From: an archaeon
Lineage (GTDB): Archaea; Nanobdellota; Nanobdellia; SCGC-AAA011-G17; GW2011-AR20
Assembly: GCA_002688355.1 (NCBI GenBank)
Contig: NZCT01000024.1
Location: 39,717 to 103,716, forward strand
Direction: 5' to 3'
DNA: 64,000 bases
The translations under genes and the position numbers were made by a program. Each line of letters starts with the position of its first letter. Positions within the stretch are counted from its first letter, which is position 1. The notes under the pieces were generated by a model. It was not told the origin of the DNA and ran no database searches. It was given only the letters and a program-made list of their open reading frames with translations. Below, in pieces: positions 8,251 to 17,251 of the stretch.

Positions 8251-9723
8251 ATGTCATTTTTAGAAAATTCAAAAAAAATTTTAACAGCAGCTGGTGTTGC
8301 AGCTACGGTAATTGCTTCTGAAGTTGAAGCACAAACACCTGAAATTTTAAGAGCACAAGCAACATTAGATTCTTTAGTGGCTGAACAAGCAAGAACAGAT
8401 TCTGTAGCAGCTATACAAAGAACTCCAGAACAAATTTTCTTAGAAGCATATCATTCTGCTGATTCAGATTCCAATTTCACAGCAACTGTTGATAGTTCCG
8501 GAATGACACTTACACTAGAAGATATTCCAAATGGAACATTATCTGATGTTGTAAATTCAACAAATATAACTGATAAACAAGAAATTGCAGATTTATACGA
8601 ACAAAGTACTAATGTAAAACTAGATCCTAATTTTTTAAATGTTTACAAAGATAATGAAGGTAATATAACCGATATAAGAAACAGTAAAACAAGAGCAAGA
8701 GCAGTTGCTGATACATTTTCTTTAGCTGCACTAGACACATTAGAATTCGATTATGAAATTTTAACAAAAGATGCTGATGGTAATGATGTTCCATTAGACA
8801 AAGTTGCTATTAGAACTGCATTAAGCAAAGAAGGTGGTAAAAAATTCATTGAAGGTGTAGTAACAGAATATTTAGATATAAATGGTAATGTAATTCCATC
8901 AAGACATTTCGGAAAAGATGGCCATGTAAATATTGGTAGAGGTTACAAAGTTACTGTTCCAGGAAACAAATTAAACAATGAATTAGCTTCATTATATCCT
9001 GGATTAACTGAAGAACCAATTACTGGACAAACTTCAACCGCACCTCAAAGAAATGAAACTGTAGTTGAAGCCCAAGTAGTTCAAACACAAGCTGAAGCAG
9101 ATTCAGTAAGAGATGAAAGAGCAAGATTACAAAGAAAAGCAAGACAAGAAGAAGCTAGAGAAAGAATAAGATCATACACAGATGATAACTCAGTTTCCCT
9201 AAGTTTAGGAACTACTTTCAGTAATGATGGAGTAATACCAAATGGAAGATTATCACTTAAAGTTACTGATAATTATTGGGTAGGTCTTAACGGTGGGCTT
9301 TGGTACAAAAGTAACGTTACACATTTCCCAACAACAGCTGACAATATAACTGATAGAATAACAAGTCAAACAAGCAAAAGTGAAACTGAAAAATTGTTAT
9401 GGGGAAATTTAGGATTCTTAATTGGAAAAGAAGTTAATGATAAAGCAAGTGTTTATGCAGGAATAGGTGCACAAGTAAGAGCATTAACACTAACCCAAAA
9501 AAACAGAGAGACATTGTACAAAGATGGTTTAGTAACTGAAGATAATGGTGGAGTTGAAGCTACTTTAATAGATAAACTTAATGTTGATCCATCAATAAAA
9601 GTTGGTACTGAGTTTGGAGGAGATAATCTTAGAGCATTTGTTGAATTAGGATATACTCATAATAAAGATTTAATACCTAAGAAAAGGCTTGTAGGTGGAA
9701 TCGGATTTACCTATAGAAAATAA
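8251..9723 (+). CDS. secreted protein with a Sec signal peptide and a C-terminal beta-rich, porin-like domain
   Basis: The N-terminal hydrophobic segment ends in VEA|Q. The last ~190 aa are runs of alternating hydrophobic and polar residues, ending in GIGFTYRK. Confidence 0.5.
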   Translation: MSFLENSKKILTAAGVAATVIASEVEAQTPEILRAQATLDSLVAEQARTDSVAAIQRTPEQIFLEAYHSADSDSNFTATVDSSGMTLTLEDIPNGTLSDVVNSTNITDKQEIADLYEQSTNVKLDPNFLNVYKDNEGNITDIRNSKTRARAVADTFSLAALDTLEFDYEILTKDADGNDVPLDKVAIRTALSKEGGKKFIEGVVTEYLDINGNVIPSRHFGKDGHVNIGRGYKVTVPGNKLNNELASLYPGLTEEPITGQTSTAPQRNETVVEAQVVQTQAEADSVRDERARLQRKARQEEARERIRSYTDDNSVSLSLGTTFSNDGVIPNGRLSLKVTDNYWVGLNGGLWYKSNVTHFPTTADNITDRITSQTSKSETEKLLWGNLGFLIGKEVNDKASVYAGIGAQVRALTLTQKNRETLYKDGLVTEDNGGVEATLIDKLNVDPSIKVGTEFGGDNLRAFVELGYTHNKDLIPKKRLVGGIGFTYRK

Positions 9724-9728
9724 ACAAA

Positions 9729-11309
9729 ATGAAAAGATCAATAGTATTATCAATAGTATTTTTGTTAATGTTTTCTCTTTTAGCTTTTAACACTAACGCA
9801 GCAATAAGTATAGTAGAATGGTCTGATACTAGTGATTTAACAAAGGAAATAGTACAAGGAGAAGAGGCAACTTTTGATTATGCATCAACAACAGCTAATC
9901 CACCTTTAAAAATAAAGATAGAGTTAATAGATCCTAATAATATTATTCACATACTTGAAGATATAACACTAGGTTCTAATTTAAATTCATTTGGTAAATC
10001 ATATACTATATTACCAGCACATTACTCAACATTAGGCCTACATTCTGTAAAAATACACACAACAGATAATATTAATCAATTTCAAACTAAATATTTATAC
10101 TTAAATATACTAAAAGAAGCTCCAATTAATAACCCGCCAGTATTACAAGCAATTGGAAATAAAAATATTCAAGAAACTTCATTATTAGTATTCACTTTAA
10201 CAGCAGTAGACACAGAAAATGATGATTTAACTTTTACTTCAAGTAATTTACCAATAGGGTCTACAATTACAAAAGTTAACGCAAATACAGCAACATTTTC
10301 ATACGCACCAGATTTCAACACAATACAACATCCTTCTCTTCAAAAAATAGCAAGTGTAACTTTCCAAGTAGAAGAAACAAACAATCCATCAAACTCAGAT
10401 TCAGAACAGATTACAATAACAATTCAAGATCTAAATCAAGCACCAACTTTAAACACAATAAATGATATTACAGTTGATGAAGGACAGTCAATAACAATAA
10501 CACCAACTGGAACTGATCCAGATGGAGATGCTTTAGATTTTTCCATTAACGATAATAGATTCACTAAAAATAATGGAGATTTCATCTGGCAAACATCTCA
10601 AGGAGATCAAGGAATTTTTGATATTATAATCACAGCAGTAGATAACTTTGGTTCACAAGTAACTACAATGTTCCAAATTATCGTTAATGCAATCACTAGT
10701 TCAAATAATGATCCACAAATTACCTCAACTCCAATAACTCAAGTTCAAGTAAATACACTATACCAATATAACGTTGACGCTACAGACATAGATAACGACC
10801 AATTAACATATTCATTATCAGTCTCCCCAGTAGGTATGGCTATTAATTCAAACTCAGGTTTAATTACATGGACACCAACACAAGTTGAAACAGTTAATGT
10901 TCTAGTAATAGTTAATGATGGAAATAATGGTGTAGATTCACAATCGTATACAATTACAGTAACTGAGGATCCAGTAACACCACCAACACCAAAAAAACCA
11001 AAATCAAAAGACACATCATCTCATAATTTTGAAATAAGTAATAACATTATAACAAAACAATCTGAAAATTACATTGACACTTACGTTAGTGTTAGAAACA
11101 CAGGAACAAAAGATGAGAAAATTAAATTATCATTAACTCTAGCTCAAGATTTTAATTTTGCTAACATAAATGTAGATAATAAAGAAACCACTTGGAGAGT
11201 AATAAGATTAGATAAACCTCAACAACCAGGTAAATATATCTTAACAGTAAAAGCAGAAAATAGATTTAATGATCGTGATAGTGTATACAGAATTATAGAG
11301 ATTCAATAA
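9729..11309 (+). CDS. secreted adhesin-like protein with cadherin-like/Ig-like (He_PIG-type) repeats
   Basis: Signal peptide followed by repeated motifs: NPPVLQAIGNK..DTENDDLTF, NQAPTLNTINDITVDEG..DPDGDALDF and NDPQITS..DIDNDQLTY. Confidence 0.6.
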   Translation: MKRSIVLSIVFLLMFSLLAFNTNAAISIVEWSDTSDLTKEIVQGEEATFDYASTTANPPLKIKIELIDPNNIIHILEDITLGSNLNSFGKSYTILPAHYSTLGLHSVKIHTTDNINQFQTKYLYLNILKEAPINNPPVLQAIGNKNIQETSLLVFTLTAVDTENDDLTFTSSNLPIGSTITKVNANTATFSYAPDFNTIQHPSLQKIASVTFQVEETNNPSNSDSEQITITIQDLNQAPTLNTINDITVDEGQSITITPTGTDPDGDALDFSINDNRFTKNNGDFIWQTSQGDQGIFDIIITAVDNFGSQVTTMFQIIVNAITSSNNDPQITSTPITQVQVNTLYQYNVDATDIDNDQLTYSLSVSPVGMAINSNSGLITWTPTQVETVNVLVIVNDGNNGVDSQSYTITVTEDPVTPPTPKKPKSKDTSSHNFEISNNIITKQSENYIDTYVSVRNTGTKDEKIKLSLTLAQDFNFANINVDNKETTWRVIRLDKPQQPGKYILTVKAENRFNDRDSVYRIIEIQ

Positions 11310-11432
11310 CAAAAGCTTTAAGAATGTTACTATATATAGTAATTACCATAAAGTTTATATAGCTAAGTGCGACTATAAAATAATAACATAATAATATTCA
11401 AAATTTAAATACGCAAGGGGGCAAAAAACAAA

Positions 11433-12770
11433 ATGAAAAAATTAGGATTAGCATTAATCTTTGTGGCTCTAGTTATGTTAACATTTGTTACACCAAATGT
11501 AAACGCAGCTGCAGAATATAGTTTTAGAGATATCGAGGTTAATGGTGTTGATTTAGATCTTATTACACAAGATTCAACAACTATTAACGTAGAAAAAGGA
11601 GATGAAGTTAGAATAAGAGTTGAATTAAGAGCAAATGGTGATGCTACTAAGCAAGAGCTTGATGAAATTGAAGATCTAAAAGTTAAAGCATGGATTGGTG
11701 GTTATGAATTTGGTGATATAGAAGATGAAACAAATCTATTTGATTTATCACCAGGAACAACTAAAGTTAAAACATTAACATTAAACATTCCAAATGATAT
11801 ATCATCTTCAAAAACATATAAATTACATATTGAAGCATTTGATAGAGAAGACAGAATAAGTGCATCTTTCCCTCTAGATTTAGAAGAAAAGAGACACGAT
11901 GTTAATCTATTCAGAGTATTCTTCACTCCAGGACTAACAGTTCAAACAGGTGACTTCTTAAGTATAGGAGCAATTGTTGAGAACTTCGGTGGATTTTCAT
12001 CTGGAGAAAGAAATGTAATTGTAGAAGCATCTATCCCTTCATTAGGATTAGCAACAGCAGATTCTATTGACAGATTAGATACTGAAGCAAAATCAAAAGA
12101 TGACGCAGATAGAGATGATTCAGCAAAATTAGATCTACCACCATTAAGTCTAAACAATGTTGCACCAGGAAACTATGAGTTAAAAGTTAAAGTTTTCTTC
12201 AATAGAGGAAGAACAGTAACTGAAGAAGCATACACATTAACAGTAATAGATGAAGAAGTTACACCAGGAAGTATCCTACAAAACTCAATAGTTAATGTAG
12301 ATTCAACCTCAAAAGACTTAACAACTGGACAAGCTACAGCTTACACAGTAATGATTGGAAATCTAGGAGATTCAATTAGAACTTTTACAGCTGAAGTTGA
12401 AGGAACTCAAACTTTTGCAAACACAAGAATTGAGCCTGCAATTATAGCAGTTCAACCAGGTAGTACATCTCAAATAACATTATTCGTTGTTCCAAACGAT
12501 GATGCACAAGCAGGAAAACATATCTTTTCATTAAGAGTAAGAGAAGGAACATCCCTTGTTAAAGAACTAAACCTTGAAGGAAATGTTATCTCTGCAAGTC
12601 CAGCAACAGGTGCAGGAGCATTAAGTAATGTAAAAACAGGATTGCAAATTGGATTTATTGTTCTATTAATAATCTTAGTTATACTAGGAATTGTTATAGC
12701 AGCAAACAAAGCAAGAGGCAATAAAGATGATGTTGAAGAATCTAGTGGTGAAGAACAAACTTACTACTAA
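11433..12770 (+). CDS. surface or S-layer-like protein with a signal peptide and a C-terminal TM anchor
   Basis: N-terminal signal ending in NAAAEY. The C-terminal helix is GLQIGFIVLLIILVILGIVIAA, followed by a charged tail. Confidence 0.55.
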   Translation: MKKLGLALIFVALVMLTFVTPNVNAAAEYSFRDIEVNGVDLDLITQDSTTINVEKGDEVRIRVELRANGDATKQELDEIEDLKVKAWIGGYEFGDIEDETNLFDLSPGTTKVKTLTLNIPNDISSSKTYKLHIEAFDREDRISASFPLDLEEKRHDVNLFRVFFTPGLTVQTGDFLSIGAIVENFGGFSSGERNVIVEASIPSLGLATADSIDRLDTEAKSKDDADRDDSAKLDLPPLSLNNVAPGNYELKVKVFFNRGRTVTEEAYTLTVIDEEVTPGSILQNSIVNVDSTSKDLTTGQATAYTVMIGNLGDSIRTFTAEVEGTQTFANTRIEPAIIAVQPGSTSQITLFVVPNDDAQAGKHIFSLRVREGTSLVKELNLEGNVISASPATGAGALSNVKTGLQIGFIVLLIILVILGIVIAANKARGNKDDVEESSGEEQTYY

Positions 12771-12801
12771 GTTTTTCTCTTTTTTTCTTATTTTTATTTT
12801 A

Positions 12802-13062
12802 TTAAACTAATTTCTCATTAGTCTCTAAATTTACAACATGAATAACATTAACAGGACAAGATCTAGCTGCTTCTAAGTGTTTTTTTAACTCTTCTTCATT
12901 TACATCTAATTCTAAAATATATTCATTCTCATTTATCTTTTTACTATTAACCAAATCTATCTTTCCCTCTGTTTCATTAAATTTCCAAAACTCTGGTAAG
13001 ATAGTAACACAAGCTACAGAACCTATACAATTTTCCCTATCTAATGTAACTTTTACTTTCAT
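12802..13062 (-). CDS. single-cluster 4Fe-4S ferredoxin; the track extends it to 13101
   Basis: CIGSVACVTILPEFW ... SCPVNVIHV resembles a divergent mono-cluster ferredoxin. The internal Met at 13062 avoids an implausible hydrophobic leader. Confidence 0.55.
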   Translation of the reverse strand: MKVKVTLDRENCIGSVACVTILPEFWKFNETEGKIDLVNSKKINENEYILELDVNEEELKKHLEAARSCPVNVIHVVNLETNEKLV

Positions 13063-13176
13063 TATAACAATCAATAATAACAAAATATTTAAAAGCTTCA
13101 TCTAAAAAATCTAAAATATATATTCTTTAATAAAACTCTTTATAAAAACTAACCGTTTTAGAGTAATAAACAGAGG

Positions 13177-15864
13177 TTGTTAATGATGAATAACAAAAAA
13201 AGCTTATTGGTTACATTATTTCTAATTATTTCTCTGTTTGTAAACCTATCAGCTGCCCACGCTGAATTCTCCGTTACAGATACACAAAACGAAGCAGTAG
13301 TATGCCCAGGAAGCACTGCTTTATTCACAACAACCATTCAAGGAACAGGAGACTTCACAGCAAATTTAGAAGGTAGTGCTTCTTCATTCTCAACAGTTGT
13401 CCCTCCAGGTTTTTCCTTAATCGCTGAAGGCAAAACATTATTCGTTTACTCAACTCCAAGTTCCAGAGTTCAACCAGGGATTTATGATTTAAATTTATTA
13501 ATCTCAGATAAGAGCACGGTAAAAAGAAGCGAGTTTTCGTTAAACGTAGCAAACTGTCATCAGTTATCTATTGCTTCAAACACTCCTAGTAAAGAATTAT
13601 GTGGTTGTTCTTCTGAAAGATTTTCCTTCACTGTAGAAAATAACGGAAACTTCCAAGAAACTTATGATCTATCTGTTGCTGGTTCCTCAAGTTCGTATTC
13701 AACAATTAGTGAATCTGTGATAACATTAGCTTCAGGAACTTCAAAAGAAATATTTATTGACGTTAATGCTCCATGTAATACTCAAGGTTCTTTTGATGTA
13801 ATATTAAATGCACAGTCAAGGAATTCTCAAGTTAGTGCTTCCTCCTCCTCTAATGTAGAAATAACAAAATGTTTTGATTATAAAGCTTTAATAGATAAAA
13901 ATTTCGTTAATTTCTGTGAAAGAACAGAACAAATTATTCCAATAACTATAGTAAATGAAGCTCAAACATTAAATAATTATAACTTACAAGTTTCTGGTCC
14001 AGCATGGGCAAATCTAGAAAGAACTTCAACACAAGTTAATCCTCTATCTCAAGGTATTGTTAATCTTATACTTACTCCAGATTATGGAGTTCTAGGGGAT
14101 TTTAATATAAATGTAAATATAGAAGATTCTAACGGAAAAGTTAAAGTTCAAAATCTAGTAAAAGCAACTGTAAACTCATGTAATTCAGTCCAAGTAGACA
14201 TACCAAAAGATAATGATAGAATTTGCCAAGGTTCAAAAAATACTTATGACTTTACTGTTAAAAACACAGGACAATTTGAAAAAACATTCCAATTAATTAA
14301 AAATCAAGAATTCATTTCAACAGACAAATCTACTTTATCTTTAAACGCAGGAGAAGAAGAAACAGTTTCCTTAACTGTAAATGTTGAAGGTAATGTAAAT
14401 CCAAATAACTATGAGATAAAAATAACTTCAACAGCTACAGATACAGATCAAATTACTAATTCCGATTCACTAAACTTAGAAGTTATATCTGGAAATAAAT
14501 GTTTTGATCCAGAAATAAAAACCTCTGATGTTAAATTAAATCAAGATTCTTCTCTTAGTCACGAAATTGAAATAGTAAATGATGGTCAGTTTGAAACAAC
14601 TTACAATCTTGGACTATCTGGAACAGCTTCAAGTTTCATACAATTAAATCCTGCAACAGTTAGTATTCAACCAGGAAAAAGTGAAACAGTATATCTATAC
14701 ATTTCTCCTTCAATTATCACACCTCCAGGAGACTATGAAGCAACTCTATCTCTAAGAAGTACAAACACAGATACAATATTAAAAAGTGAAACAATAGAGA
14801 TAGAAGTTGTAACATTAGATGAAGATCAAGTTCTACCAAGACCTTCAGTAACTACAACCACGGACGTTAAAAAAGATAACCAAACAAGTACAGGTTTCTT
14901 TGCAACTTTGAACAGATGGTTTGAAGATTTCTTCACACCACAAAATGAAACTACAAGTGATATTGTACAAGATGTTATTACTACCACAACTACAATAGAA
15001 ACTCAAGATAATGACACAGAAACTACTACTACATTAGATAGTGAAACCACAACAACAATAGAAAGTGATACTACAACTACAATAGTTACTAATATAGAAA
15101 TTAAAGATATCTCAGAAATAAATAAAGTAACTAAAAAAACAAGATTCAAATTTAACAACGAATCTCATTTCTTATCAATAGAATCAATAAAAGAAGATTC
15201 CGTCATAGTTGTAATACAAAGCAATGTAACAGCGTTTAAACTCTTTATTAACGAAGAAAAAGAAGTTGACATAGATAATGATGGCTCTAACGATGTTATT
15301 ATTAAACTAAACAAAATTAAAGATGGAGAACCAGAATTAGAAATTGCCACCATTGGAACTTCATCAAAACTAGGTGCTTTTAGTTTAAATCTAGATTTCC
15401 TAACAAATAATTTAAAATTCATCCTAGCAGGGCTTGCTATATTAATCATAATAATTTTACTTTTAGTTTTCAGAAAACAAATATATGAATTTTTTGAAGA
15501 GGAAGATCAGACAAATAAAGAAGTAAAAACAAAAGATGATGTTGAAGAAGAAATAAAAGAAATAGATGACGATTTTGATGATTTTGAGGAGTACGAAGAT
15601 GAAAATGTTCAAGAATTAAAAATTGGTCGTTATATTATTGGTTTAATTGCTATAATAATACTTTATTTCCTGTTCAGAAGATATAGTTTCCTAGAATCAG
15701 TAGCACCATATAGAGTATTTATCTTAGGAGCATTAATTTTATTATTAATCATAGTTTTAATAGTTCGTTATTGGAATGATATAGTAGAATTTTTTGAAGA
15801 AGATGATGAACCTGTATCTAAGAAAACTAAAAAGAAAACAACGAAAAAAACTAAGAGAAAATGA
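13177..15864 (+). CDS. large surface protein (895 aa) with CARDB/DUF11-like beta-sandwich repeats, a Thr-rich linker and a multi-TM acidic C-terminus
   Basis: Signal peptide, then repeated Ig-like modules of the ...LSVAGSSSSYSTISE...ASGTSKEIFIDVNAPC type. A TTTT-rich linker follows. The C-terminus carries a duplicated module of a TM helix plus EFFEE[ED]D. Confidence 0.6.
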   Translation: MLMMNNKKSLLVTLFLIISLFVNLSAAHAEFSVTDTQNEAVVCPGSTALFTTTIQGTGDFTANLEGSASSFSTVVPPGFSLIAEGKTLFVYSTPSSRVQPGIYDLNLLISDKSTVKRSEFSLNVANCHQLSIASNTPSKELCGCSSERFSFTVENNGNFQETYDLSVAGSSSSYSTISESVITLASGTSKEIFIDVNAPCNTQGSFDVILNAQSRNSQVSASSSSNVEITKCFDYKALIDKNFVNFCERTEQIIPITIVNEAQTLNNYNLQVSGPAWANLERTSTQVNPLSQGIVNLILTPDYGVLGDFNINVNIEDSNGKVKVQNLVKATVNSCNSVQVDIPKDNDRICQGSKNTYDFTVKNTGQFEKTFQLIKNQEFISTDKSTLSLNAGEEETVSLTVNVEGNVNPNNYEIKITSTATDTDQITNSDSLNLEVISGNKCFDPEIKTSDVKLNQDSSLSHEIEIVNDGQFETTYNLGLSGTASSFIQLNPATVSIQPGKSETVYLYISPSIITPPGDYEATLSLRSTNTDTILKSETIEIEVVTLDEDQVLPRPSVTTTTDVKKDNQTSTGFFATLNRWFEDFFTPQNETTSDIVQDVITTTTTIETQDNDTETTTTLDSETTTTIESDTTTTIVTNIEIKDISEINKVTKKTRFKFNNESHFLSIESIKEDSVIVVIQSNVTAFKLFINEEKEVDIDNDGSNDVIIKLNKIKDGEPELEIATIGTSSKLGAFSLNLDFLTNNLKFILAGLAILIIIILLLVFRKQIYEFFEEEDQTNKEVKTKDDVEEEIKEIDDDFDDFEEYEDENVQELKIGRYIIGLIAIIILYFLFRRYSFLESVAPYRVFILGALILLLIIVLIVRYWNDIVEFFEEDDEPVSKKTKKKTTKKTKRK

Positions 15865-16133
15865 GTGAAAAATCTTATTTTAGCATAGAAAAAATTCCAA
15901 CCGGTTATAATAGTAGATACAAATTACCAGATAAACATGGATTTAGTTTTGTAAAAGATACATCTACAGATTATCCTTTAGAAAAAATAAAAGAAATTTT
16001 AACCTCATATGAAGGAGAGTTTCCAGAAGAAATCAGAGTTGTTCCTTTTAATTTCTCAGCAAAAAGAGGAAAAGAATTAGAAAAAGATTTAGAAAGCTTA
16101 ACAAAAGAAGGCTATCCAAAATTCTTAATATAA
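15861..16133 (+). CDS. hypothetical protein
   Basis: Its start overlaps the upstream stop as ATGA. Confidence 0.35.
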   Translation: MSEKSYFSIEKIPTGYNSRYKLPDKHGFSFVKDTSTDYPLEKIKEILTSYEGEFPEEIRVVPFNFSAKRGKELEKDLESLTKEGYPKFLI

Positions 16134-16134
16134 A

Positions 16135-17250
16135 ATGACTAAATTATATGGTATTGCACATGGTGGAACTGTGGGTTTCATAATTGGAACAGACGTAGAA
16201 GCTTATCCTAGTGATGATATCATTTCTGAATTACAATCTTTACCAAAAGGATCAAAAATAGGTTTAGAATCTTTAACAGAAGAAGAATGGATTGAAGTTG
16301 AAAATAATTTTAAAGAACTTGGAATAAAAGAAGGTTTTGAAGAAGAAAATGTTGGGTATAAAAGAGCAGATTATTGGAATCATATAATAGAAGCAATTAG
16401 TGATCAACATGAAATTATCTTTCTAGAAGATAAAGAAACTTGGTTTAGATACAATCAAATCGAGATCCAATTTCACAAAATAAGAAATGAAGATAGAGAA
16501 TATAATACTGCAAAAGAAGAATTAGAGCATAATGAAGAAACATATAATCTTCATTTATTATCAAAGAAAGTTCATCAAATAGATAGAGATAACAAACTAT
16601 TAGAAAATATTAGAGCTAATGATGTAAATGTTGTACTTGTAGGTCAAGGCCATAGTGATTACTGGATGCATACAAAAGAGCATGGAATTGATTTTACAAG
16701 CTACTCTACTGATATAGCAGATTTAGAAAGTGCTCAGATGCATATGATATATTCTTCTATTCCAATGGACGATTTTACAGTTAGTTCAAATTTTATTAAA
16801 GATGCAATCCCAGATCCATATTTAGTTTTAGAAAGATTTGGTTTAGAAAGAGCATTAAATCTATTAGAAAATGGACGTATAGTTGATGGTAATATAGAAC
16901 CAAATTTCGTAGGAACATGGGATCCACCAAATCCATCCAGAGGTTACTTCGAGTTATTCATTAATGAAAGAAATGGAAATGGAGTAAAAGGTATCATTGA
17001 AGACTGTCTTGGTACAGCTAATTTTAATGGTGAGCTTACTCCAAAAAAATTCAATTTCATAAAACATTATGATTTAAATTTATGTACAAAAGAAGCTATT
17101 CCTAGACCAATAGGATATAAATCCGAAAGGGAAGTTAGGGAATTCCATGGCCAATATGGTGATAGTGGATTTATGGCAGGATTTATTATGAAAGAATCAC
17201 CAAAAGAAGATCCAATTAACCTAGCTTTAAGTTTCTACAAAAATCAATAA
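16135..17250 (+). CDS. hypothetical protein
   Basis: ORF of 371 aa with no motif I recognise. Confidence 0.4.
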   Translation: MTKLYGIAHGGTVGFIIGTDVEAYPSDDIISELQSLPKGSKIGLESLTEEEWIEVENNFKELGIKEGFEEENVGYKRADYWNHIIEAISDQHEIIFLEDKETWFRYNQIEIQFHKIRNEDREYNTAKEELEHNEETYNLHLLSKKVHQIDRDNKLLENIRANDVNVVLVGQGHSDYWMHTKEHGIDFTSYSTDIADLESAQMHMIYSSIPMDDFTVSSNFIKDAIPDPYLVLERFGLERALNLLENGRIVDGNIEPNFVGTWDPPNPSRGYFELFINERNGNGVKGIIEDCLGTANFNGELTPKKFNFIKHYDLNLCTKEAIPRPIGYKSEREVREFHGQYGDSGFMAGFIMKESPKEDPINLALSFYKNQ

Positions 17251-17251
17251 T

